From NCBI GenBank assembly GCA_963705705.1, contig CAVPKK010000006.1, positions 64,001-128,000 on the forward strand: a stretch of DNA of 64,000 nucleotides. Reading direction: 5' to 3'. The position numbers and the translations under genes are program-made. Positions 9,319-19,094 of this stretch are shown here, piece by piece. The notes under the pieces were generated by a model that was not told where the DNA came from, searched no databases, and saw only the letters and a list, made by a program, of their open reading frames with translations. Within the stretch, counting starts at the first letter, position 1. The number at the start of each line of letters is the position of its first letter. Origin of the DNA: an uncultured bacterium (lineage in GTDB: Bacteria; Babelota; Babeliae; Babelales; JABCYS01).

Positions 9319-9415
9319 TCTAAATTTAGAAGTACAACGTCCGCTGGATTACCGGCATTAAAATTTTTAAACAACAGTTAGTGTAAATGCACTGCAAAAC
9401 CTGTAAAGAACAACT

Positions 9416-11962
9416 ATGAAGAATGCACGTATAACAATATTCATTTTATTCTTAACTGGCCTCGTGTCAGCAACACCGATTTTGGCAGCGAGCAAACCAG
9501 CTGAAGCGCAACCATCAATGGCACAAGACCAACAACCAGCTGCCTATGGTGAACCGACGCAAGAAGAAATAGAAGCAGTATATAAAGAATTACTTATCGA
9601 TGCGTATTTCCGCATTCCACAAGCGTTAAAATCAAAAGTTCTTGCCCTTAATCTCATGGTGAGCAATGGGCAAGTTAAATTACCATCGCCTCGAGACCGT
9701 CGCGCATTTACAGCCGCACTCGACTCGGTTTCTCAAGCATGGAAAAAATATTGCAATCCAGCTGACCCAGAAGAAGATATAACCAAAATATTTGATCTTA
9801 ATCAGCAAATCACAGCTTATTTATTGCATATTGTTAAACAAGATCTTAAGGATCTAACTCCGTTTACATTCGTGCCGACCAAACAAGCATCTATGTCTCT
9901 TGCTGAGATGTACAACAAACTAGAACAATTTGCTCAAACGTATCATGAGCTTGAGTTGAGCATGAATGATTTGGGCAAAACACGGCTACAAAAATTCAAG
10001 CGATGGTTCGGCGAAATTAACCGCCGTGGTGGTTATGGCACTAAGGCCTTCTTACTTGGTGTGGCAGGTTTTGCAGGCTCCATATTGAGATATGCTCTGA
10101 AGCCCGCTCCGCAATATGTAGTTGATGAATACCGTCGTTTTGGCAACAAAGGCGAAGCTAAGAACGATCCGGTATATGAAGAGGGCATATGGCAATGGGC
10201 AGCTAATAGCGATCTTGGTCAGGCTATTGGCAATAACCGCGCTGTTCGGTTGTATGATGACTATATTATCGGAACACGGCTAGAATCAATACCAAACGTG
10301 CACTCGAGCATATTTGATATTAGCCATCCGACTATTCCTGGAACTGGTACTGGACTATTTGGTACTTTTCATAAAATGGCAAAGCCCTTACTTTTTGCCA
10401 TCACCCTACCGCTCGCAATTAAAGCATTCAACGACAAGATTGTTGACGGCGTTCACGGCTGGCGAGCATTCCATAAAGATCCAAAAGAATTCTTCAAACT
10501 CGGTGAGCTTTTCCTTAATGAAAAACAGCAAGTCAGTGCGCTTGAGCAGCTTTGGATTCAGGGAGCCCTTGAACATACGGAACCTCGCATTACCTTCGAT
10601 GATATTGCGGGTCTGCATGAACAGAAACAGGAACTGATTCCAGTTATCAATTACATGCTTAATCCAGAATTGTTTGAAAAAACAGGGACTGCGATTGAGA
10701 AGGGATACTTATTGTATGGCCCAACCCGTACCGGTAAAACCTACTTAGCCGAAGCTCTGGCCGGTGAATTGGTACATCGCCATCATAAGGCATTAACTTT
10801 CTTAAAGATTAACGCCACTGAAATGCGTTTAGTGGGTATAAAGAAAGTCCTTGATGTAATTAAGAAGTATGCACCATGCATTGTGTTCATCGATGAGCTT
10901 GATTTGCTTAACTTACAGCGTGATCGCAATAGCGATATGCTTGAGCAGTTCCTCACCAGTATGAAGCAGGATGATGGCAAGCAAATTATCTTCTTGGCTG
11001 CAACCAATAGGCTTGATCACCTTGACCAAGCGCTCTTGCAACCAGGTAGATTTGGCAAAATCATTCCGTTCGAAAATCCTACCTTTAATGATCGTAGAGA
11101 ATTCTTTGAAAAAGAGTTATCGCGCAGACACCTTGACCCACGCGTTGTTAATTTGCAACGATTAGCGCAAGAGACTGAGGATTGCTCATTCGGAGATCTT
11201 GCCAGCATCTTGAACCATGCGCTATCGAAATCTATGCAAAATCGTCAGCCATTAGCTTACGAATATTTCGAAAGCGGTATCGATACCTTTAAACGTAAGA
11301 TTGTTGATACGCTCATCCAAATACCTGTCGAAGAGCGTAATGTAATTTCTGCGCACTTGGCCGGCCAAGCAATGGCTTATTCATTGTTGCCAACGGGCGA
11401 GCAGTTGCACAAGGTAACTATGATGTCGACCCACAAAAAGATTGCCGAAGAACGCATTTGGTATTCAGAAAATACCGGCGGGCCGAAAAAGGTTATCGGT
11501 TTGGGAGATATCTTCACCTTGCACAAAATGAATACCGCTGGTTTTGATTCGGTGGAGCAAAAGGTCAATAAGATTAAGGCTCTATTGGCTGGCTTTGCCG
11601 CTGAGAAGTTGATGCTAGGCGCAACAGCTTATAGCTACCACACTGAAAATATGGAGCATGCACGCCATATTGCGGAATCGATTGTGTTCAAAGGCTTGAA
11701 GAAAGAACATTTCTCTCGCGATGCGGCTGATGCAAAATTGAATGAAATCCAGAAGTTGCTTGAGAAATGCGAAGCGGAAGTTACGAAATTACTGACGGAA
11801 AACAAAGAAAACCTCAAGAAATTGGCCGAGGCCCTTGCTATGCATGGCACCTTGATGGAACGGGAAGTAAACGAGCTCGTTGCGCCATCACCATCAATAG
11901 TTATTAAGGAAGTCCAGGCACCTACTGGTAAAATTAAAACTTCTGCGCCAGCGAATGCTTAA
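9416..11962 (+). CDS. FtsH-like AAA+ ATPase with degenerate M41 protease domain
   Basis: ITFDDIAG, Walker A GPTRTGKT, Walker B VFIDELD, SRH ATNR...ALLQPGRF; HExxH position reads HLAGQ; LAGFAAEKL. Confidence 0.85.
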   Translation: MKNARITIFILFLTGLVSATPILAASKPAEAQPSMAQDQQPAAYGEPTQEEIEAVYKELLIDAYFRIPQALKSKVLALNLMVSNGQVKLPSPRDRRAFTAALDSVSQAWKKYCNPADPEEDITKIFDLNQQITAYLLHIVKQDLKDLTPFTFVPTKQASMSLAEMYNKLEQFAQTYHELELSMNDLGKTRLQKFKRWFGEINRRGGYGTKAFLLGVAGFAGSILRYALKPAPQYVVDEYRRFGNKGEAKNDPVYEEGIWQWAANSDLGQAIGNNRAVRLYDDYIIGTRLESIPNVHSSIFDISHPTIPGTGTGLFGTFHKMAKPLLFAITLPLAIKAFNDKIVDGVHGWRAFHKDPKEFFKLGELFLNEKQQVSALEQLWIQGALEHTEPRITFDDIAGLHEQKQELIPVINYMLNPELFEKTGTAIEKGYLLYGPTRTGKTYLAEALAGELVHRHHKALTFLKINATEMRLVGIKKVLDVIKKYAPCIVFIDELDLLNLQRDRNSDMLEQFLTSMKQDDGKQIIFLAATNRLDHLDQALLQPGRFGKIIPFENPTFNDRREFFEKELSRRHLDPRVVNLQRLAQETEDCSFGDLASILNHALSKSMQNRQPLAYEYFESGIDTFKRKIVDTLIQIPVEERNVISAHLAGQAMAYSLLPTGEQLHKVTMMSTHKKIAEERIWYSENTGGPKKVIGLGDIFTLHKMNTAGFDSVEQKVNKIKALLAGFAAEKLMLGATAYSYHTENMEHARHIAESIVFKGLKKEHFSRDAADAKLNEIQKLLEKCEAEVTKLLTENKENLKKLAEALAMHGTLMEREVNELVAPSPSIVIKEVQAPTGKIKTSAPANA

Positions 11963-12041
11963 TAATCCTCGGTAATTTTATGCAGAAGTTTCTGAAACGA
12001 TCCTTCGGGTTAGGAAGAACATTCTAAGGAAGGAAAAATCA

Positions 12042-13310
12042 ATGAATCGTTTTATAGCTTTTATTCTTATTTTAGGTATTTCAGTTCAATTGCAGGCAAC
12101 CAGTGCTGCGCCTGTGCAAAGAACTAACCGAGGCATCTCATTTGCAGAATATTATCAAGCGCATCAAGATGAAGTTGATCAACAAATAAAGGACGGCGTA
12201 CTGGATTTAAGCAACAAAAGCTTAAAAGATTTGGATGGTTTTGACATTGAGCATATGCCACGTTTAGCTGCGTTGCGAGAATTAGGTTTGGGCAGCAATC
12301 ATCTAGAAAAGATAGCTGCATCCACGTTCAATGGCATGTCTGCGCTTGAATCACTTGTCCTTAATAACAATAAATTTACAGACTTACCAAATGATGTTTT
12401 CGATGGCTTAAACGCACTTACCACGCTCGTGTTGAATAACAATCAATTTGTAACATTACCCGATGCCCTCTTTAGTGGTCTGACGGCTCTTGAAATGCTT
12501 TATCTTTATAACAACCAGCTTTCCATTTTACCCCACGGCATTTTTAGAGGGTTGACCGCACTGAAACAGATTTATCTAGAAAACAATCAGTTTATAGACT
12601 TACCAAATGACATTTTTCTTGGCTTGTCTGCTCTTCGAAAAGTTTGTCTCTATAACAATCCGATTGCTGAAATCGGGGTTTGGAAAATGCGGCAAAATTA
12701 TCAGTTATCAGAGGGTGCTTTTATTGATTTTAAAAGAATGGAACAAGAAAAAGCTGAGGAGAATCTCATTCATGCAATAACGCGTGCTGATATTGATAAG
12801 ACGCGCGTTGCCTTTAAACAGATAATGACTGGCGAAGTAAAAACAGGACTTGATGTATACAGGCAAGAAAAAATAGATATTTCAAAAATCCGCGACACTG
12901 ACGGCAATAATCTCTTGCACATTATTATTAATGGCTATTCGATGATAAAAAGCCGGCTTCAAAAGGAAAATGAGGAAATCAGAGAATACGCTGATATTGC
13001 CTATGGCAAAGTTTTTATGATACTCGTTCAATTCGGTGGTCCTAAGGTGCAAGATATGCTGTTGACTCGAAATAAAAGCGGTGATGATGTGCTCACCAGA
13101 GCCTTGGCTCTTTTAGGAGAAAATAGTCTTATTGTAAGCGGAATATGGCATGTTCTGGCACAACTCCCCGAAAAAGCTGTGGGCACACCAATGCCGCGTT
13201 TTATAATAAAACATCGTTTGAAAAGCAGTGAAGAAAATCCTGAGGCCGTGGAAACAATGCAGCAACAAGCCATGCAGCGCACAAAGCTTCTCAAAACCGC
13301 ATTACAATAA
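12042..13310 (+). CDS. Secreted LRR protein with C-terminal ankyrin-like region
   Basis: Signal peptide; 24-aa LxxLxLxxNxFxxLPxxxFxGL repeats; DTDGNNLLH and RNKSGDDVL ankyrin-like turns. Confidence 0.85.
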   Translation: MNRFIAFILILGISVQLQATSAAPVQRTNRGISFAEYYQAHQDEVDQQIKDGVLDLSNKSLKDLDGFDIEHMPRLAALRELGLGSNHLEKIAASTFNGMSALESLVLNNNKFTDLPNDVFDGLNALTTLVLNNNQFVTLPDALFSGLTALEMLYLYNNQLSILPHGIFRGLTALKQIYLENNQFIDLPNDIFLGLSALRKVCLYNNPIAEIGVWKMRQNYQLSEGAFIDFKRMEQEKAEENLIHAITRADIDKTRVAFKQIMTGEVKTGLDVYRQEKIDISKIRDTDGNNLLHIIINGYSMIKSRLQKENEEIREYADIAYGKVFMILVQFGGPKVQDMLLTRNKSGDDVLTRALALLGENSLIVSGIWHVLAQLPEKAVGTPMPRFIIKHRLKSSEENPEAVETMQQQAMQRTKLLKTALQ

Positions 13311-13311
13311 T

Positions 13312-13782
13312 TTATTCATTACCAGATTCTTCCAGTGTCAATTTTTCAACCATTTCCAGGCGGGCCTGATAGCGTCCGCCTTTAAATGAAGCGTTCAACC
13401 ATTGCTTAATGATATCCATAGCCTCATGAGATGTCATGAAATCTGCAGGAAGAACTAAGATATTGGCATTATCGTCTTCCTTGGCCAATCTTGCAGTAAC
13501 TTCATTCCAAGCCAAGGCCGCATAAATACCGGGGAACCGGTTGGCTGCAATAGCCATGCCGTTACCACTACCACAAATCAAAATACCATACATGGCATTT
13601 CCGTTTCGGATTTCACGAACTGCTTTAACGGCAAATTCAGGGTAATCACAACGCTCGGCGGTATAACACCCAGCATCGAGCCATTCAATGGCCGTGTCGC
13701 CAGTTGTTTTGAGCTGTTCTTTTATCTGCAATTTAAAATGAAATCCGCGGTGATCCGATCCAATTACTATCTTCAAATTCAT
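13312..13782 (-). CDS. rpiB: Ribose-5-phosphate isomerase B
   Basis: GSDHRG, DYPEFA, GILICGSGNGMAIAANR, FKGGRY. Confidence 0.9.
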   Translation of the reverse strand: MNLKIVIGSDHRGFHFKLQIKEQLKTTGDTAIEWLDAGCYTAERCDYPEFAVKAVREIRNGNAMYGILICGSGNGMAIAANRFPGIYAALAWNEVTARLAKEDDNANILVLPADFMTSHEAMDIIKQWLNASFKGGRYQARLEMVEKLTLEESGNE

Positions 13783-13796
13783 GTTACTTCTCTGCT

Positions 13797-14522
13797 TTAT
13801 ACTACTAATTCTTTAGATACACGTGCAATAGCAGGTCTGCCTGTTACACATTCTTCTTCTTCAGGTTTTATTTTCGTACATGTCTTCGATTCTGGCGGAG
13901 GGGGTACGGCCGGTCTCTCCCATGAAACACAGGCGTGTCGATCAGTGTATTTAAACTCTAATTCGAATGGTCCATCCCATGGATCAAACCTGACTAAGTA
14001 AACGGTTTTATGCTTGCTCAAATAATTACTCAGTACGTATTTGTATTCAACAGATAGTTCAACGATGCGAATTGAAAGCGGCCGCAGTTGCCCGACCGGC
14101 GTCTTTAAGAATATAGTCCAGGGTGCGTTACCTTCTTCATCCAATGGCATAGTGGTATTAGGAGCATAGGCAATAACGAAAAATGATAATGCATCTTGTT
14201 GCTCCGCCATTTGGCGTCTGAGGAGTTGTTGCTCCATTTCAGGTGATAAACCCATGCGCCGGGCGTGAAGATCAATATACACCTGCCGAACTTCATCGTT
14301 CAGCCATAAAGCATCAAATATGCCAAGGGTGCCAAATTCGTCATATACACGCATTGTGCGCATATTGCGTTTAACAATATTTATCGGCGTTTGCGGATCG
14401 TCGATATTAGGAAAGTATTTCGCTCCCTGATAGAAATGATCTCTTTCCCAACCTTCTATTTGATAACAACCAGGCAGCACAGCCAGGCATGCTATTACAC
14501 TTATTAAGATAGGCATCTTCAT
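13797..14522 (-). CDS. Hypothetical lipoprotein
   Basis: Lipobox LPG-C after hydrophobic stretch. Confidence 0.7.
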   Translation of the reverse strand: MKMPILISVIACLAVLPGCYQIEGWERDHFYQGAKYFPNIDDPQTPINIVKRNMRTMRVYDEFGTLGIFDALWLNDEVRQVYIDLHARRMGLSPEMEQQLLRRQMAEQQDALSFFVIAYAPNTTMPLDEEGNAPWTIFLKTPVGQLRPLSIRIVELSVEYKYVLSNYLSKHKTVYLVRFDPWDGPFELEFKYTDRHACVSWERPAVPPPPESKTCTKIKPEEEECVTGRPAIARVSKELVV

Positions 14523-14596
14523 TGTACACCCCTCAAAACCTTAGGATCGCTTCACCGATTTTGCCGCGATTGTTTGCGTTTACATCATACCTGAGA

Positions 14597-14630
14597 CCGC
14601 TCATCCTGAGCCTGTCGAAGGACATGAGCG
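14597..14630. repeat. REP-like palindromic element
   Basis: CCGCTCATCCTGAGCCTGTCGAAGGACATGAGCG with CGCTCAT/ATGAGCG IR. Confidence 0.8.
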
Positions 14631-14754
14631 CAAATGTACATGGCAATGTTCAGCGTTTCCTTTTTAATGATCTCTCACATCATACAACAAATGCTATCAA
14701 GAAAAATATATATTGGTACGCTCGCTAACAAAAATATATTGTGAGAAAGATTTT

Positions 14755-15981
14755 ATGATCACCCTTCTGCTAGCGTGGCGCTATTTAAAAGGCACTGCTT
14801 ACGAACGAAATATCTCAACCATGGTCAAAATTTGCTTGATCGGTATTTTTATTGCCGTGGCAGCTCTTACCGTTACCATTTCCGTCATGCGTGGCTTTGA
14901 AGAGGCAATGTTTGAAAAGTTACAAGGCATCAATCCGCACATTACCATACGCAATTACGGCTTAGAGGTAGATGTACCATTGGTAGATCAAATACTGACG
15001 AACTCATTTCCAGAAATTGCCGCAGCTTCACCTGAAGAATCACGACAAGTTATCATTGAAATACCGTCAGCTAATGAGCAGGACCAAGTGATGGTAATGC
15101 GGGGTGTCGACCCGACACGCATAGGAAAAGTGATTAAGTTGGAAGAAAAAATTGTTGCTTGGAGCGCTAGCCATGAGTTGCCTGCGCTGTTGAAAAACAA
15201 CAATGTGCTTATAGGCAAAAAGAAAGCTGAACAACTCGGTTTAGTTATTGGCGACCAACTGACTGTGCTTTATGCACCCGATGCGCGGAAAAAAAGGAAA
15301 ATTTCGTTTAAGGCAGCACAAGCAACCATTTCAGGCCTTTTTACCACGGGTATCGAGGAATATGATACGAGCATTCTGTTTTGCAACATTGATTTCCTCA
15401 AACAACTATTTCCGCAGGCATCGTATACCGAAATCGGCCTTCGCCTGAAGCGCGGTAGCGATATGCATGCGGTGGTGAAAAAGCTCAGACGCCAACTGCC
15501 AGAATATGATATTGTAACGTGGCAAGATATGTATGCTTCGCTCGTTGCTGCGTCAACCTTCGAGCGTTACGTGATGTTTTTCATTCTCGCATTAATGACT
15601 TTGGTCGCGAGCATGAATATTATTTCATTGATGTTTATGCAGATCACGCAAAAGCGCGCAGATATTGCCATTTTGCGGAGCATGGGCGCTACACATACCA
15701 TGATCCGCCGAATTTTTCTCTGCATGGGATTAATTATTACCCTCGGCGCAACCGTAGCAGGCGAACTGATTGGTGCCATTATTTGCCATCTGCTACAACG
15801 ATATCCATTCATCCAATTGCCTGATGTATATTACACCACCCATTTACCTGCTGTTATTGAATGGCAAACATTTGTAATGGTATTCGCCGTGGCCATGATC
15901 GTAAGCTTAATTTCCATCTGGTACGCGGTGCGGCAAACGAAGCAAATTAATATTGCTCAGGTATTAAGATCAGAGGCATAA
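14755..15981 (+). CDS. Lipoprotein-releasing ABC transporter permease (LolC/LolE family)
   Basis: AWRYL, SVMRGF, QKRADIAILRSMGA, LPDVYY; MacB/FtsX-type topology. Confidence 0.85.
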   Translation: MITLLLAWRYLKGTAYERNISTMVKICLIGIFIAVAALTVTISVMRGFEEAMFEKLQGINPHITIRNYGLEVDVPLVDQILTNSFPEIAAASPEESRQVIIEIPSANEQDQVMVMRGVDPTRIGKVIKLEEKIVAWSASHELPALLKNNNVLIGKKKAEQLGLVIGDQLTVLYAPDARKKRKISFKAAQATISGLFTTGIEEYDTSILFCNIDFLKQLFPQASYTEIGLRLKRGSDMHAVVKKLRRQLPEYDIVTWQDMYASLVAASTFERYVMFFILALMTLVASMNIISLMFMQITQKRADIAILRSMGATHTMIRRIFLCMGLIITLGATVAGELIGAIICHLLQRYPFIQLPDVYYTTHLPAVIEWQTFVMVFAVAMIVSLISIWYAVRQTKQINIAQVLRSEA

Positions 15982-16032
15982 GTAAGAAGTTGCCGGTTAT
16001 CTTTTGTGTTGTATTTTGGAAATGATAGTGAC

Positions 16033-16080
16033 CCGCTCGCTAGTCCTGAGCCCCGTCGAAGGATCGAAGGATAGCGCGCG
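16033..16080. repeat. REP-like element with internal TCGAAGGA duplication
   Basis: CCGCTCGCTAGTCCTGAGCCCCGTCGAAGGATCGAAGGATAGCGCGCG. Confidence 0.65.
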
Positions 16081-16107
16081 AAAAAAGTCAGAAAATCAGA
16101 GAAAGTT

Positions 16108-17279
16108 ATGAGTAAAGAATTAAAATCCACCCTTAAAGAAATTAACCTCGCCAACAAAAGAGTCATCCTTCGCGCAGACCTTAATGTACCCTTACATGAC
16201 GGCACAATAACCAGCGATTTTAAAATCAAAGCCTTACTTCCCACCATCCACTACATCTTGGATCATGGTGCCCGCATCACCCTATTAACCCACCTTGGCC
16301 GCCCAAGGGTCCAGATCCGAAATATTCAACGCGCCCCTTAGTTGCCTGGTTCAAAAATCATGGTTTCGCCATTTCATTCCTCGAAAAACCAGATGCATCT
16401 GAAATAGATCCAAAGGCCCAAATAACCCTCCTCGAAAACCTTCGCTTCTTTCCGGGAGAAAAAGGCAAAGATGAAGCGTTTGCCAAACAATTGCGTACGT
16501 TGGGAGATGTCTATGTTAATGATGCTTTCGGCGTTTTACATCGTAACGATACATCAGTGACACTTTTGCCAACATTATTTGCATCGGATGATCGGACTAT
16601 TGGTTTCTTGGTTGAGAAAGAATTGGCAGCCTTATCCAAGCTGGTTAATTCTCCTGAACAACCCTTTGTATTTATCTGCGGTGGCGGAAAAATTCATGAT
16701 AAGTTGCCGCTCATTGAAGCTATGTTACCTCGAGTGCAAACCGTTCTTTTTTGCCCGGCAATTTCTTGCACGGTCAGCAAAGCGCTCGGTAAATCAGTCG
16801 GCAAATCATTGGTAGATGATAGTAGTATTGCAGGCGTTACGGATTTTTTTCAAAAAGCATACACCCGTGGTGTTCGTATTCTATTGCCATCAGATTATCA
16901 AGTGGCCAAGGATACTTTACAAGGCCCACTTTCGTGCGCATGCGCGGATGATTTTCCGTTCGATGCCATGGCAATCTCAATTGGATCCTGCACTGTGGAA
17001 TGTTACGCAGAAGAAATTCAGAAAGCTAAAACAATATTTTTCAATGGACTGCCAGGCTTCGTTGATCGTCCAGAAACACTCGAAGGTGCGGCTGGCATAT
17101 TCAAAGCAATGGGTAGTAGTTCCGGCTATAGTGTAATTGGCGGTGGCGAAAGCGTAGCGGCAGTACAGGAACTTGGGTTAGATGACCGCATTGATTATCT
17201 CTCAACTGGCGGCGGCGCATCGTTGGCATACTTGGCTGGCGAAGAATTGCCTGGATTGAAAGTGTTTGAGAAAAATTAA
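16108..17279 (+). pseudogene. pgk: Phosphoglycerate kinase split by a one-base frameshift near 16305 (true lesion or sequence error)
   Basis: Frame 1: RADLNVP...HLGRP; continues stop-free in the -1 frame as KGPDPKYS...LLENLRF...VNDAFG...GGGES...STGGGASL. Confidence 0.85.
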
Positions 17280-19078
17280 CTTGTTTGATCTGACAGCCGC
17301 TTCCGCTCTTCGCGTTTCCTTTGATAATAATCACGCATTTCTTTCTTGGCAGATTCTGGGTTGGCAGGGTATTTTTGTAACGCCTTTCTTATCGTGCGAA
17401 CCGCCTTGAATGCCTGTGCGGCTTCGGCTTGAGATTTCAAAATCATCTCATCGTATGTCTTTATCATTTCATCATATATTTTTCTTTCCTCGGAAGTAAA
17501 ACTAAATTCATCTCCTTTATTCATAATGTACATATTGTGCGCCAGATATCTCGAAAATAACTCTGCGTATTGCAAAGGATCTTCAAAGGTCGTCATCACA
17601 CCATGTACATCAGAAATCAAAACATTCAGACCTGGAAAAACACCCGCTATGGCTTTTTTTGCACCCATCGGGCGTGCCGCCTTGGTTCGCGAATGAAAAA
17701 ATTCACCACGTGCATAAAGCGCTGCAAGAGGAGCTAATGGCGAAATATAAAATAAATTCCATGGAGTTCCGTGACTAATATATTGTTTTTTGTTCACCAT
17801 TAAAGCATAGCCGCCATGCTTGGCGAGATACATATAAGGGCATGCGCCCCAATCATTAAAGTAGCCAATAAATAATGAATTGCCGAATGAGATAGAAAAA
17901 GGCTGATATGATGATGTCTTATAGTCGCGTGCGATATCTGTAGAAAGCCAGGTTCCTTTCAACGTGCTGCCCATCAATTGTAATTGTTTATTAGCCGTAA
18001 TATTGAAGGAGATTGGAGCTGTACCGCGAAAAAGCAATCCCTTATTCTCCGACCGTGCTTTATACTCCAACTTTATTGCTTGGGCCAACAAGCCGAGAGG
18101 ATGTAATTCAGTGGGATTAGTCTCATTTTTCTTGAGCTCAAAGCCTGGGCCTTCCTTAAAGACGGGAGCTTTTTTAACAACTTTAATAACATTCACCACA
18201 AAAGCTGCAAATAGCGACGATATAGCCTCGACTCGCTGTGATAGAACTGAGCTATCGTTTATTGAACCAAGACCATCGTCAAACTTAAAGAGTACTGCAC
18301 CAAGTGCATTGTTGATCTCAAAAAAAGCAGATCTGTAAAAGAAACGGTTGAAGAAGCGAAATTTACCATATATTTCCCGATAAATTTCATCGGCTGGCTT
18401 ATTGGAATTATTTAATATATCTAAGAGATCAATGTCACCACTGGTAATGAAAGGAAAATGAATTTTGTTGGCCAGATCCGGATTAATTTTGAAAATTAAA
18501 TGATTCGCCTCTGGGAAAGACAAATAAACAATCCCTTCATTTTTTTTAGATAGTTCATGTTCGAATTCATCAAACCTGGCTTGGTCGAATGGGCCATCCG
18601 GCGTTAGTGGTAAGGCGGCATCTAATAATGATTTCTTATCAACCGGCGATAGATCTGCAATATCGATCCATCTGGAACTACTTTCTTTATAAGCATTTGT
18701 TAACGGTGAATTAGGAACTTGGTCACTAGTCACGGCAAAAAGTTCATAGATGCTTGTTGGTATAAACACAACATCATAATTGGGATTGATTGCCTGCAAT
18801 TTCCTGCGAATGAATTTTTCTTCAGCATAAGGCTTGGGCGACAAAAGCTCATCCTCTTCCTGCTTGGTCAAATCGCTATTGGCGATAACCATAGGCCACT
18901 CATATTTTAATAGAATGTGTGCTATCAAACTCTTATTTTTCTCATCGCTCTCATCTAGCGGCACAAAACCATGCTTGCCTTTCTTAATGACAAGAAGTTC
19001 GGCGTAGACGGGGATTGCTGAGATCAAAATCCCGAGGCAAATTGCCCTTAATACAATGCATGTTCTTATTTGCTTCAT
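17276..19078 (-). CDS. Secreted hypothetical protein, possible ADP-ribosyltransferase-like C-terminal domain
   Basis: 600-aa ORF from MKQIR with signal peptide; LLFRG...SISFG...GEFFH (domain call tentative). Confidence 0.7.
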   Translation of the reverse strand: MKQIRTCIVLRAICLGILISAIPVYAELLVIKKGKHGFVPLDESDEKNKSLIAHILLKYEWPMVIANSDLTKQEEDELLSPKPYAEEKFIRRKLQAINPNYDVVFIPTSIYELFAVTSDQVPNSPLTNAYKESSSRWIDIADLSPVDKKSLLDAALPLTPDGPFDQARFDEFEHELSKKNEGIVYLSFPEANHLIFKINPDLANKIHFPFITSGDIDLLDILNNSNKPADEIYREIYGKFRFFNRFFYRSAFFEINNALGAVLFKFDDGLGSINDSSVLSQRVEAISSLFAAFVVNVIKVVKKAPVFKEGPGFELKKNETNPTELHPLGLLAQAIKLEYKARSENKGLLFRGTAPISFNITANKQLQLMGSTLKGTWLSTDIARDYKTSSYQPFSISFGNSLFIGYFNDWGACPYMYLAKHGGYALMVNKKQYISHGTPWNLFYISPLAPLAALYARGEFFHSRTKAARPMGAKKAIAGVFPGLNVLISDVHGVMTTFEDPLQYAELFSRYLAHNMYIMNKGDEFSFTSEERKIYDEMIKTYDEMILKSQAEAAQAFKAVRTIRKALQKYPANPESAKKEMRDYYQRKREERKRLSDQTS

Positions 19079-19094
19079 ATACTTTCCATTAATG

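Noticed and set aside
16300..16312. Programmed -1 frameshift in pgk
   Set aside because: No canonical slippery heptamer or obvious stimulatory structure; error or mutation is simpler
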